Source of the DNA: Phoronis australis
Lineage: Eukaryota > Animalia > Phoronida
DNA length: 64,000 nt
NCBI GenBank assembly: GCA_002633005.1
Contig: NMRA01000001.1
Coordinates: 190,625 to 254,624 of the forward strand
Direction: 5' to 3'
Part shown: in pieces, positions 39,001 through 52,600 of the stretch
How positions within the stretch are numbered: position 1 is the stretch's first letter
Layout: each line of letters starts with the position of its first letter
The notes under the pieces: generated by a model
Seen by the model: only the letters and a program-made list of their open reading frames with translations
Databases searched by the model: none
What the model was told of the DNA's origin: nothing
Program-made: the position numbers and the translations under genes

Positions 39001-42000
39001 GACCCTGGGTGCTGAGCGTTCTAGGATTTGCCGAGATAAGGACATGGCGTCCGAAATCATGCAGCCCAGCAGATCCTCGAAAACCGGCCAGGGCCTGTGG
39101 TTCATCTGTGAAACAGACAAACGCACTCGTTGCTCCTCAGTATCATTCATTCAACAAATGAAATCTTGAATGGTAGCCAACGAGTAGTCACCGTTTAGCT
39201 TTGCTTGCTTTTTATATTAAAAACCGGATACCGTAATTTGAATAACGGCTTAGAGAGAAGTGGATTACAAAGTTAATTGATCACACGTACGAGAGTTGGT
39301 TTGAAGTGTTCATTTTGCACAAAGGAACCAGTGACTGACGATGTCACTTTGGGTTCGTATAAACCGCGCGTGCGATCAAAACATATAATTACCCCAACTA
39401 AGTCTACACTTTTGGACATAATCCGTGGTCAGCCTAATCTCCCCAAGTGGTTCAGGGAACAAAATGGGACACATGTCTCGCGCACTCTTCAAATAAATGA
39501 TTTTGAGATTTGGTGTCCAGCGAGTGCTGATGGAGAACGAAAACGTATTTTCTAACGTTAGGTCATTTCAGTGAATCATTGTCTCTTTTGATTTAATGCT
39601 CTTGTTCACTAATTAAGTTTATCGTCTATTTCCTTCATTGAACATCATTGACGGTAACGGAAATACGTAAAATTGATTTGTCTTCCTACTCAACGCGATA
39701 TTCACTACCTGCCACACTTTGGCACTACAAAAAAAAAACGATTGGTGTGCACTGTTGTTTAGGATACAAATCGTCGTTTTATTACATGTATGTATTTCTT
39801 CTTTACCAGTATTACTTACCCACGCAAGGACCACGATAGGCTACTGGAATTTCCCGTCCTTCCCTACAAGCAGTCGACATAGCGTGGCACGCGCTCTCAT
39901 ATGTGATACCGTCTGCACCGCACACCATCTGCGCAGGATTTCTGTTGGGCGCACAGTCCGTGATGCACTGTATACAGTGCGGTAAGCTGTTCTGGTCCAT
40001 GACGCAGTTGGTACCAGGCCGCGCACATTGTACTTGATCACAAGAACCCACTGAAAGATTGACAACTTGAGGTAAAAACTTGACAGTCAGCAGAACGACT
40101 GACGAAAATTATGAAAAACTACTTAAACTGCATAAATATTCTCCTGCATTTACTCTTAAAAGCTCACCTTGACATAGACCGTAGTATGATACTTCTACGT
40201 GGTTTTCGTGCCGACAGTTGTATCGTAATAAACTGCAATGGCTTCTATAGCTTCGCAGGTTAGTGCCACAAACGGGGCCCCTTTGTCCAATAGAGTTGAC
40301 CGAGCAGTTCGGGGCACACACGCACCTTGGCGCACCGTTTTTTACTTTACACCTTTTACCATTTGGACAGGCGACGTTACTGCAGGTATCTGAGGAAGCA
40401 TGAGAACGAGATATCATAGAGATCGTCAGTACAGCAACACTATCTATAAGGCAAGATGCGCGCAAGTGTACGTCAGTGAGATCACACAAAAGTTCACGTG
40501 GTCTCTCGGCACTCCGGGCCTCTGTTTCATTAAATGTAATTTGAGAATTCGTCAGAAATTTGGTCTTCCGTTTCTTAAACTTGTTTAAGAAATATTATTA
40601 AATCTTATTTGCGCAAAATTCCTAAGTCTACGAAAATACACCGTACGCATAATGCTAAACCTCTCTTCAGCAATTGCGAAGAGGGAGCCTAAGACCCAAT
40701 TTCTACCTTAGTCGTAAAAAGAATCTACGAGCAAAGCAAGCCTTACTACGTGCTTGCGGTGAAATTAACTGGCCGTCGTTGAAAACTTCTTTGCGTCGGG
40801 GAAATATCAAATGAAGTGTGAGGTTATAATGAGCGTTCTATAGTTTCAGAAATTTGCATTAACTAAAAACCTAACACAATAAGTCAGTGATTGCAATATT
40901 AGCAAAGCGGTAACAGGCACTTACAGGGTTCAGTAAAGAACCGGTTTTCTCGACTGAATATCTTGGTCAGCCTGGTTCTCAAACTCTGTGATCTCCGTGA
41001 GTGATTATTGTCAGCAAAGGTATCTAATCTGTGTTTATTAAAGCACACATTGCCGTATGGTGGTACTGATTAACTTTACATATCCACTGCCTAATTTTGT
41101 AGGAGAGCCATTAAAAGTGAAGTCATGTTTACTTTTTGTTAGCCCAAAAGAGTACAACAGATGTCGCTGTTTGTTACCTGCTCTGGCCTAAGTTCATGTT
41201 CAAGTAAATACACAGGGCAATATGTAAAATCCAAATATGAACTCATCGAGACATTAACGTTTACCTGTGCAGGGGGAACACATTTTGTCGTATCCGCCAA
41301 TTAAGTGCACATAATAGAAAATTTGTCCGTTATTTAGTTCCTCCTCTGACCAATAGGTGATTCCTGATAGAGCGCAACATTCCGCTCGCGTCACGTTTGA
41401 ACGCCTGAGATCTGAACATTTTCCATTCACCTTCGTCGCCCAGCAATTTCCCCCTGCAAAACATTTAGAGTCATAAAAACGAATCAGAGGGAACACTAAA
41501 GTAGCTTGGCGAATACGTGACTTTTTAATTTTAAAACACCCAAACCAGTTACTACCCGGTGAGTTAAGCGTGCAAATAGCCGTAAAAAAAGAAACGGCAG
41601 GGCCTATCAGTAATAGCTGAAAAACAAACAAACACCTGAACAAATTTTTTTTCACCTCCCGTGAAACCTACGAAAGTTGAGAAAAAAATCCGCTTACAAT
41701 GAAACGATATTCAAATTTTGACCAGCCACCGCTGCATCGAAGATCTTGACCAGTTCCGATGAATAACGCACAAATAATTCGCTTTAATTTGAAGTTGAGT
41801 CGCATCATTAGCTATTGACTTGCAGCGCCTAATTTTTTGAAAAGATATCACCAAAGATATAAACGGTCCCAGTGGCCTGTTGCAAGGAACAGTACCAATA
41901 GGGACTCGACCATGTTCCCTAAATTTCAGCACATTTGTTAGACTTTGTTTACGCTCTAATGTTACATCTTCAATCACTTTTCATCAACTGACCCTTTTAC

Positions 42001-45000
42001 TTTACGTGACGTGAAAATTTTTATTTTCAACAATGTTAATATTATATCTAAGCTAAAACGTGACGTAACAATGAAGTTAAAATAAATAGGACAATCAGTG
42101 CTTGCATGAAGACCACAATGTGTTAAGAATTTAGGGAACGTACAAAGGTACTCGAGTCCCTACAGGGAGTATTTCACGCACGCGGCCAAAGGGCTTCAAA
42201 CTAATGAAAAACGCTTATAGATTGGTGTACACGCAAACAGGAGTCATTAAGTGTCATGGAAATGTCCCATAAGGAAAGATAATCACACCGGTAATAGTCA
42301 CTTACAGTACCCGACTAGGTCATAATTTGCCGCAAATTCTGCGATGATGGTGCGCGTTTCTTAGTGGGGGGCTGGTAAGACTATTTGACACGTCACGACA
42401 GACACGTAAGTGGCTGCATGTAAAGGCAATATTCTCTTGTGAATGAAACTTGGGGAATACACCTTATGCAAGCCTACCCCCCGTTAAGTTCCAACACAAT
42501 AGGGGGGATTTCTTGATCAAAATTGGTTTAACACCCACCTGAGCAGGACTACTGGTAAAAAATTTGGTCCTAAAGCGTTTGAAAACTCAAACTGGTATCG
42601 GCTCATTTCAAATTTAGGGTAGCCGTCTGTCCGTCAGTCGTTCATTTCCAAAAATACATGTAACACGACGGTGCTAAAAAGCGTTCATTTGGAAATTGAA
42701 AAGTTGTAACAATGGTGATACTTGAAGCATCGACTGTCATCTTGTGTAATACGAGGAATGGTGGTATTTTCACACAATGCGCAGGGTGGAAAATTCCGCT
42801 TACGAAAAATGATCCGTTTCCGGAGTCAGCTCCCTTACGCCACTCATATTCACGAACGCGTAACGTACATCGACCGACAGCGGCTCACCTGATAGATCCA
42901 ATGATATTTGACTAGATTACTGATTCCTTTATATTTTATAAACAAAGGGTTCATGACCAGAGTTTTCTATTAAGGGAACAATGCATCTTCAAACACATGG
43001 ATCTGATAGTATTCACATTTTACGCATGCGCCGAAAAATCAGGGAAAGAATGTGAGCCACAAAAGATACTGTTGTTCCGACTCCTAGACGGGCATTGTTT
43101 ATGTGTACAGTTTCATCGCAGTCCCATCGCTCCTTCACGCGCGCGTTCCGACTCCTAGATGGACATTGTTTATGTGTACAGTTTCATCGCAGTCCCATCG
43201 CTCCTTCACGCGCGCGTTCCGACTCCTAGACAGGCGTTGTTTGTGCGTACAGTTTTATCGCAGTCCCATCGCTCCTTCACGCGCGCCTTCCGCATCAAAA
43301 TCAACAATTTTTAGCAACTTTCCGTTATAAAACTGGTAACAAACTGTCTTTAGTGAAATTGGAGGTGGTTGCAAGGCTTCGAAAAGCTGATGGTTCGTTA
43401 TTGTTCGAGATAATGTTGACTTGTCAGTTTATGCGCTGTATAGTTTCAAGCAATAAAACTATGAATTTTTTGCAAGCCCAAAAATAGTTTCTCATCTAAG
43501 TTTCAACCTATTGCCACTAGGGGGCGCCACATTTGTCGGAATCGTCAGACGTGCTTTTTCCTGTTGGAGTACAGTGACCGTTAGAGTGGTTTGGTCGATA
43601 AAGGGTCGGAAAACGCTAGAAAATGGCTTCTAAGTGATGTAACATAAATCGAATACTCCAGAAATAGGAAGGCGACATCGTCCCCTTAATGTATTATACC
43701 TATTTGCTAAATTTCATGAAAACTCGTCAAGAAATTGCGCTAAATTTTCCACTGACGGTGCACAGCAGTAGTCTGATCCGCCCGAGAAGTCGCCAGTGTC
43801 GTTCCATCCACGATAAGAACATGTCTCCAAAATCTCAGGAACAATGCATAACGCGTCCACATATATTAGTATATACATATATGTAATTTATACATGTGAG
43901 CGAATAAACAAGCTGATTCATCGGCACAGTATGTACCTAAATTAATGAACAACAGCAACTGAACTTGAGAACACAGTGGATGGTCTAATAATACAATAGC
44001 TTAACGGGGGTGTTAAAAGGACATTATAGGAAAGAAAGGTAATTTTCGGAGATTAACCTCAGCACAGAATCGAACCTGCAACCCCCCAGGACGCAATTCA
44101 ACAATCTACATTGTTGACGTTACCACTGGTCTTGCCCTGGTTCCAGCCTAAAAATTGGCGACTTTTTGTTTTATAGCTCTGGTCGAAGCAACATCTCTAA
44201 AAAGTGTACCCCATTGAACAATTATCCCAGAAATGCGTTTTTCGACCGTAAAACTCATCAGATACCTTCAAAACAGTGGCCAAATGCCCACGACCAACTT
44301 TAACTTGGGTTACGACCATTGTGGCTTAATCCTCCAGCTAGTGGAGCCGAAAACAAACACATTTCCTGGATAGCCGTTCATTACAAATTGCATTTTTTAT
44401 AAAAAAATCACTTTTACCTTAAAAACGCTAAGTCGCTGTGGTCAAACTTTTCATTACTAAGATCATTTTGGAAAAAATCGAAAAACCCCGGCAGTGTGAT
44501 TTCTAGGAAAAAAACGCAGTTTGAAACGCACTTGTGCTAGAAAAAATAAACTAATGAAAATTTGCGGTACCTGATTTCAATGATCTATTCATGTGTGTAA
44601 TTGTCATTTTTTCTGAAATTCGACCAAAAGAATACTTCTATTCAACCAAAGCAATAGAAGTGCAAAAACTAATACAACTATATGCGCATTTCATCGAGTG
44701 CAATATTTAGAAGTATCTAAAATCGAAAACTCGCAACAAAAATATGAGCAGAATTTTAGGGGGAAAATAAAAAAACAATGCGACATGAGCGCCGACAGAA
44801 GAAAAGTGGTATTGCACTTCTAAACATGAGAAATGTATGTACCCTACTATAAATTTACAATACCGAGAGTTGTGGAACATTACGGCACACTGAAAAGATT
44901 AGTACGACACAACAAAAGCGACGGTATGTAATAACTCTATTAATATCAAACCATAAATTTCCGTGCAGATTCAGGGTGCGGGGACCGCCTTGTATGTCCA

Positions 45001-46423
45001 ATCACGATCGCGCGGGGAAAATGGATAAAACATTCATTCATAAATCTCCGCATACCAGACATGAATGACCCGTAGTGAAAATTGATCTCCCTATATACTA
45101 CGAAAATAGACCACACAGGGCAATCGCCGCTCCTACCCATTGGGCTGGGCGATAATTGATGAAAAGGCGCGCTTTTCTCAGACCAAACTTTGGCACTGAT
45201 CTCAGAGGCAAATATCAGAACATATCTGCTTAGGAGCTCTACTTCAGACATATCTGATGTTTTGTCTATGTTACAAGTTAATGAGAGTTCTACCGTGGCA
45301 TTTATCCATTTTCCGCTTTGTTATTTGTTCCAATGTCCTAAGAAATGTCAAACAAAAACAGACCGAGTCACAAATATTGCGACATACATGTGGGTAAGCG
45401 TCATCGCAATGTTCAAATTGTTCATGTGACACGAAGGCGACGAAATCGAGGAAAGGTAAATTTTAGGTCGTGACTGGCCACCCATAGCAAATTAACGGAT
45501 GCGTAACATCTCGTTCGCGCTAGCGCGAGACGTTTGAAGAGCACCAGCCGTGTTGTAAAAGAATGGATGACGCAATCTTTCACGGATGTTGGACATGAGC
45601 CCAAGAGGAAAATGAACTTGTAAAAAGAATGAACTTAGTCTAGGGGGCGTCAGGGACAACGAAATAACTTTAAAAGATCAAGTTAGGATCTATTCTCCTG
45701 TTTACATTTGTCTGGAATCTTTCTAAGCGTGAACAAACTACCAGAGTTCTGAATTTCTCGTCCTAAAGTGGGCCTCGGACCACAAACCCGTTAGTTAGCA
45801 TATTGTGAAAATTTTAAATTTAGTTACGTAAGTCAAGTCTGCAATTATCTCAGCAACTCAAATGAATGCGACACAAATCTCTCCGTGTTACCTAACTTTA
45901 TCTTGGACGCTGCCAAACTGCACTGCGGACAAAATTACTTTCCTTTGACAGAGCCGAAACTCTGAATGGATTTCTTACGTCACAATACATTCACGGATAA
46001 GTCAACCCCACGAGACAACAGGTCAAAACAGTACGTTAATACAGCGGCGCAATGACACCGTGTGCTGTGCGCTCTGTCTGGATGAGTGCAGAACACAACG
46101 CACATGCGTTTTTGAGGTCAGACTGTGAATAAAAATATGTAAAAGATTGGTGATACGTGTTTTTAAGGCTGCCGGTAGGTAGCGTTGGTAAGTGTGAACA
46201 AGGACATTTCTGTAATAGCACAAAATGAGATTCGTCCCCTCTTCTACTAAGTAAATAACTTTCATGAATATTTTCGTGAACACGCGAGACAAAAATATTA
46301 AAGTTAAGAAACATAGAAATGGGATTAAAACTTACCTGAAACTGCGTCCGGTAGCGACTGGAAGAGAGTAAACAAAAATAACATGCCTGTCACACAAAAT
46401 TGTGAAAATGTTTCTTGGCACAT
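36003..46423 (-). CDS. FST: Follistatin (signal peptide, N-terminal domain, FS1-FS3)
   Basis: Exons 46423-46336 (signal, MCQETFSQFCVTGMLFLFTLFQSLPDAVS), 41453-41265 (GNCW..NGKC..NVTRAECC), 40389-40168, 40050-39820 and 37535-37296 (three 10-Cys EGF-like/Kazal FS modules: PVCGTN..Y, CVMDQNSLPHC..VCGADGITYESAC, LCGTDNVTYDNWC). All introns are phase 1, one domain per exon as in vertebrate FST. The terminal exon 36046-36003 is tentative. Confidence 0.92.
43074..43291. repeat. Tandem repeat, 3 x 71 bp, in follistatin intron 1
   Basis: Units start at 43074, 43145 and 43216 (GTTCCGACTCCTAGA...CTCCTTCACGCGCGC). Confidence 0.9.
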
Positions 46424-46609
46424 ACTTCTTGTATGTCAAGTTGTACGGTTAGCTTCGAAATAAATTAGCGCCTTTTCGTTAATTCTTCAATGGAAATGGA
46501 CTCGGACCGCGCCTTTTCTTCTCCAAATGATATCTCGACACCGTCACAGACGTTATTTAATAACAAAACGATGAAGTTTGCAAAAGAAATTCCACAAAAG
46601 TTCACAACT

Positions 46610-46725
46610 GTTGCGAGCACGTGTTGCTAGAGTGAATGAGTAAAAACTACAACTCGTCGTGTTTTTGTTTACTACGGTCACGTGCTCTCACGCTCGCTGG
46701 TTGTCCAATAGTTATTGGCGAGATT
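46610..46725 (-). promoter_or_regulatory. Candidate follistatin proximal promoter motifs
   Basis: Two CACGTG E-boxes (~46618, ~46679) and opposed CCAAT/ATTGG boxes (~46704-46718), 200-300 bp upstream of the ATG. Motif presence only. Confidence 0.25.
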
Positions 46726-47079
46726 CGCGGGTGTGGTGAATGGATAATTTATGTGTGTTCATTCTTACAATGTTTTGACTGGATCGGAGACCACGGGGGT
46801 TCACCTAACTTTCGTGACTCAAATAGTGGCATGTTGAAACAACGACCGCGTTGACACCAGGCGTGAATTTAACAATACGGGAACCCTGACTTTCTATTTT
46901 CGCCTTTTCCGCGAATTGCTCTGTTATTTGTTCTATTGTTTTTGTAAGCATCCCCGAAAAACATGTCTTGCAACATCCGAAGTGTTAATGCGTGCGCGCG
47001 AGCCAGGTGGCGTAAAACGTCCTTGAAAATACTGTGATAGCAAACGTATCTCTACTGTGCTTATTTTACTGATACCAAC

Positions 47080-47157
47080 TGCACCGCCGTCGCCGCGACC
47101 ATCATTACCACCACCACCACCATCTCCACCACAACCGCCACCACAACCGCCACCACT
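47080..47157. repeat. (ACC/GCC)n low-complexity tract
   Basis: Degenerate CCA/CCG triplets. Confidence 0.7.
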
Positions 47158-47579
47158 CATTTGCTAATATTACAAGTAAGTCTATTTCTGGTACTGTGAA
47201 AACCGAGAATAAGATATTCCTCAGTTAAATCAAATTTAATGAAATCATTTCTCTCAAAATTACCCTGTTTATTAGTCATTCACATTATCTACTAGACGTT
47301 ACCACCAGAACATCACATTTGTACGATCACCTTTACACTGCGAACTCAAAGCTGCCTGTTACGGATGTTTTCTTCGTCATACAAAAAGGTCTCTGCCAGA
47401 GTCATTCACCCCCGATAGAAGACTAGTCTGTCTGGCTAGTGTTGGCATTCGTTCAACTTCTTACATTAGTGTCAGAAGTCAAGTATACCACGGGTCAAAT
47501 GGGGATGCCAGTGATCGATAAACATGGTAATGCGTCTTGTCTAGCTGTCGTCCGCCGCACACAAACACGCACAAGTACG

Positions 47580-47885
47580 CAGTGGCGGATTTAGGGGGGC
47601 CAAGGGGGCCATGGCCCCCCTAAAATTCTACCAGATACCATTTGGCAGATCAGGTGCGATTACTGACTAGCATATGCGCGCATTCAGGGGGCTCAGGGGG
47701 CAAATAAACAATGCAAAGGCCTTCAACAAACCCCGTTTACCGTTTTTTTAGTAATAAGGTCCACAAACCCAAAAATTCGAGACCCCTGCACCCCTACATT
47801 TTAGGCTGGGTGCGCGCATGTGCCGAAATTCTGGTTATTCCTGTGGCCTGCCTCCCCCCAACTCAAAATCCTGGATCCGCCCCTG
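47580..47885. mobile_element. MITE with 5-bp TSD (GTACG/GTATG)
   Basis: CAGTGGCGGATTTAGG ... CCTGGATCCGCCCCTG; shares end regions with 58662-58825. Confidence 0.7.
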
Positions 47886-49397
47886 GTATGAGCAGTGAAC
47901 AAATACCGAGGGCAGGTATACCTGAAATACGTACAGGTTGGATGACTGTGATTGAAATGCATTGGGTCAAGTATAAAAGGGTTTTGTTGTGATCAAATAT
48001 GATGGACTATTTGTTATGATCAAATATGATGGACTACAAATTTCATGTAGTTTTAGTGTCACCAATAGTTTGGCAGTCACCAGGTGGCGACACGGGCTAA
48101 TGGAAGAAGTGACCTAAGTGGAAATCAGCATTTCGTGAGTCTCCATCCAAAAAGTACCATAGCAAATAATTTAGTCGATTGACAAATTTACACTAGGGGA
48201 AGCCACTGAAACGAGAGTGCTTGGAGGAGCGACACTTGGCGAAATTAACCGAAAAGACGACGAAGGGGAGGACGACCACGACGACGATCATGACGATGAA
48301 GGCGGCGGTTATGAACAACACGATAACATTCATGTGACTAGTGAAGAAATCAGTAAGAAATAGGCTGCAGTCTTGTTCAATAGCTGGTAAATTGATAACA
48401 GTGCAGCCCAATCGGTCAACAAAGGAACAGCGTTATCAGAAAATCTCGAATAATTCGAAAAGTAGAGGTCCTAGCGAAAAATGAAAAAATCTTGTGAAAG
48501 CCTGTTTAAAACCCTATCAAGAACTGTACAGATTTTTGATCGGTTAATATACATGGCGACAAAATCCCGGCACACAAAACTATTACCAAATAACACCAAA
48601 TTTGACAATATCCTCCCCGAGATTACTACTTCCATGCAAGTGCTAGAAAAAATCTGACAGCAGATTCAGAATGCTCGTCCTCTCTAGACTTTAACTACGT
48701 GGTCATAGTAAGCCCCTTACCAGCTACGTGAATTCAAGAAGCTGAAATACTTGCGTGTGCGGTTGCGAGGGCGGAATGGGCACGCGAAATCTCATTAACA
48801 CATTAAAGTTTGGACGACTGTAAGACATCGGCGACCCTCAGGCTCCCAGACTTTCAACAGTTATCTTACGCGCATATATGGTGGCTCGTATTTGCTATTG
48901 CAAAATGGCAAAATCCGTAGTAAGTGAGGCCCCAGTTATCGTGGTAATAACGAGGCTATTTCCGTTTGGGAACGAAAATATTGCGGATTTTCAGACTGTA
49001 CTTAAGGATAAGTCTTTCCTAAAAGCGCCTAATAAACTGCTACTTCTGTTTTTTATGGTGAGCTCCCGTAATCGGGCAATGAGTAACTATTATGATTAGA
49101 AAATCTGCAAAAATACAATTTGGAGTTCTGGATAAAGGCCTCGTTCAGTATTCAGGACTACGCTTAGGTTTTGAGAAGTTTTACCTGAAAATGTGTTGTT
49201 TGACGGGCAAAATGGCGGCTTGGAAACGAAGGTGTGTCAAGAATGCTGCGTTCCGATTGGTCAGTTAAGCCGTCGCTCAAAATCCTGGCGATAGGTCAAT
49301 CTTTCAACTCGTGAATTTCTCACGCCCTTGATCCCAGACTTTCACCTGCTTTACGTAATTTTGAAAACTTGTATTTTACCAGCAGCTTCTGTTTCTA

Positions 49398-49509
49398 TGA
49401 AAAAATGAAGCAATTTTCCTTCATTGCACAGTGGAGCAGACGACGGAAACGGAGTGGTAGTGCGCAGCGCCACTGCCGGTAGCCTGGGATATCACCCTCC
49501 CATCGACCG
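49398..49509 (+). repeat. Interspersed repeat shared with 61589-61699
   Basis: GAAAAAATGAAG..TTCATTGCAC.GTGGAGCA.ACGACGGA.ACGGAGTGGTAGTGCGCAGCGCCACT.CCGGT.GCCTGGGATATC at both loci. Confidence 0.75.
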
Positions 49510-49566
49510 TAACGATTGCGCCGGCTGTCTGAATCGGACACTTGGAATCGTGTCTGAGCCCCCCCC

Positions 49567-49611
49567 CACACACACACACACGCGCGCGCGCGCGCGCGCG
49601 CGCACACACAC
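49567..49611. repeat. Compound (CA)n(CG)n(CA)n microsatellite
   Basis: Directly visible alternating purine-pyrimidine tract. Confidence 0.9.
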
Positions 49612-52600
49612 AAAAATAAAACTCCACACATTGCCAAAGTTTGTTTTGGCCTTATAATATTAATTACCGGGGTTAAATAATAAATGCAATATTTCCTCAC
49701 GCTTTCGCTGTTTTATTTTTTGCCGGGGGGTCCCTTGGACGGATGATTATAGGAGTACTGACCATCGATGGAGACAGTGATCGCGACTTGCGTACTGAAA
49801 GAACGTGACATGGCTGTTTTGAACGGAGATCACTGACCTGTCCACGAGCGTCGATTGCAGATGTTTAGACAGCGGCGAGCGCGTCTGCTTGGTGTTTTGA
49901 TGAATTATTTTAAGAAACACCTAATTACCAGTCATCTTTTACCTAAGTATGTTACGGCCCGAAGATCACAGATGCTGGCTAATAATGAAATCCAAACAAA
50001 TTCTCTACAAATCAACGATCGTGCGATGGCGTGGCCACATAACTCGTCTGGATACCAGGGTCAACACGGTGCAATGGTACTTGACTTGTAATCGTCTGCA
50101 TTTTCAACAATAAAGTCTGGGAAGGCACTCAATATGTAATTGACAAGACAAAAAGTGCACTGACCTCAGTTGGGCGCTAGTGTAACTAAAATCTACACAA
50201 ATGAAATGTGCACCGAGACCTCTTGGCGAAAGAATGAAAACTCTCACGAAGTGTTCAATTATACTGATTACCCATGTTAACTCCGTAAGTATTTGCTAAA
50301 TTTGATATCAACTTCAAAAGGTCCGTACGCCCAAGGGGCTGGCTAACTCTTAACTTTATTTTGATGAGTGGTCAAGCCAATCAGGGGTGGACAAAGCGGT
50401 TAAATTCCTGACCGCACGCATGTCGGGTGCATTTCATTCATAAAGTTGGTCGCTTGCCAAGTAGTTAGTGATTGTGAGTTAACTTCCGTACTGCTGTCGC
50501 TTTGGGGGTAAATTCATTGCAAACTCTCGGTATTTATAAATAGTTCACTAGGTCGTCAAATATCAAGTTATATATAAACACCCCGCTCTTTCAGTATATG
50601 CACTTCACTACAATTCCATGGAATTTTACAAGTAGTAACTATACAGCACGCGATTTATACATAGCGATTTGTCTAGTGCAAGAAGGGATAACTTTATTAA
50701 TTAAACGGGTTAGTTTGGGAAGATGTTGAGAACAGACTTAAACTAAAGAAGTGTTGGGAAACTTCAATGTCATTTGAATCGATTAAAAATATCAATGTGA
50801 TGAGTAATTACTTATAATAACGTGTGTCACAAAGACCATCTTACTGGGCCTTGTTTTACGATCACTGAACATGTCCGACTTCTCGCACGTGTCAGCGGAC
50901 CCGCGTGAGCAAAATGTTTGTTACCAGCCTTTCCAGTGGATGCGCTAAATATCTCACCTGCTTTCGTTAGCAAACACGTACTATTTACAAAGAGCGAGTT
51001 GTTAAGTAAATAGAGTACTATTTCATGGGCGGCGCAGCACTAAAATAAGTGGAGGGGCTAACCCCCCCCNCCCCCCCCCCCCCCACCCCAACCTTTATGG
51101 TGCATCCTCATGTATTTTACCAAATACCAACCCATTTCTAAGTATAAGAAATTTAAAAATGCTTAATTATGAGATATCTTAGCTTATAACTTGCTATTAA
51201 ATTACATGTAAATTGTGAACTATCTGCAAATATTAGAATTGCCACTTGTATGCTATGGGTTACGCGTTGAAGATTTTGACGAGCACCTGAAGTCAACGCA
51301 CTATAATTCTACTAACAAAGTTTGTTTAACTGGCTTTTTAGCGTAAAAGTCCTGCAAGGTCTTACTTGAAGACGATGAGGGAGTGTTTTTTTTTCAAAGT
51401 GTGACTTTCAAACTAAAATTACTACTCTAAAATATTCTTACTATAGGATGTTTATTTATTTTTGGCTCTCAACTTGTCAGACAGACATTTGCCTTAATTG
51501 ACACAAGCGACACAGCATATTTCAAATGAAAATTTTTATGTCCAGCTTTGAGAAATGTTACAGCACGTACATTTTTGGAAACAGGAACACCTTGTTTCAG
51601 TTAAATTATTATTTTTGAAACCACACATAATTTTTGACTGGAGGCCTGTCTGGTTCCGGGTTCGCTAAGTGGATATCCTTCGAATGGCATTTGGAAAATT
51701 GGCAGCTGCAAACCGATATGGGACATTTTAAGAGCTCAAACTTACTTTGGTGCTCAATAAGTCAGTGAAATTATCGTTGTAAATAAACAATATCGAATCG
51801 TGACTAAACTGGTTCAATTGTTTAAGCAGGACCATGGTGAAGGCACTGCGTGAAGGCACGATTCCTACACCGCGAGCATACACGCGCGCACTGGCCTTTA
51901 GACGCAATACTATGGGTGGAGATTAATTTACCGCTTTTGCTCTTTTCGTTGAACAAATGTTCGATATTGATTTCATAATAGATACTTTTTTAAAATTCAG
52001 GAATGGTACGCCATCTTTGACGGAACTAAGAGAAAGTGTTCTTTTGGACATGTCAAACTTTTCAGCAGGTACTGTATGGTTTGTTCGCAAAGATTTTGAA
52101 TTTCTATTGATATCAAAGCTCGTTTCCTTGACTTTCAAATTTCAAAAAAACGAACTGTCGACTGGTTGTCACTTGGTTGATTTTAGTCTACCACAAAGCA
52201 AAGCACGTCTATTTGGTGTAGCAAGACGTAGCACGTTTCCCTTATGTGGAAAATGTGATTTTTGACCTTTGATGCTAACGAAACAATGGCGAGTATGCAC
52301 TTGGGAAGTGTCTACTGGATAATTCTTTGAGCGCATGCGCGCATACATATTTTAAGGAACGGAGAATTTGAAAACTGTATTGGGATGAAAGCTTTTATGT
52401 CGTCTATCTGTCGTTTCAAAAATAATGATTTGGCATTTTTTCTAGAAGTTCTTGCAGTATTGAAAGTGGATAACTCACGTTAGCAGCCCCAACAAGTAGA
52501 TTTGCCACGATCTGTTTAAGAGGTATTTTTAGGACTTTTTGCGTTCCAGCCTTACAGGTCTCTGAACTAGGGGATAATCCCCCAGGTGACTGCTGTTGCG

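Noticed and set aside
51061-51090. Poly-C run as a G-quadruplex
   Set aside because: It contains an N and lies in a MITE interior, so its length is unreliable.
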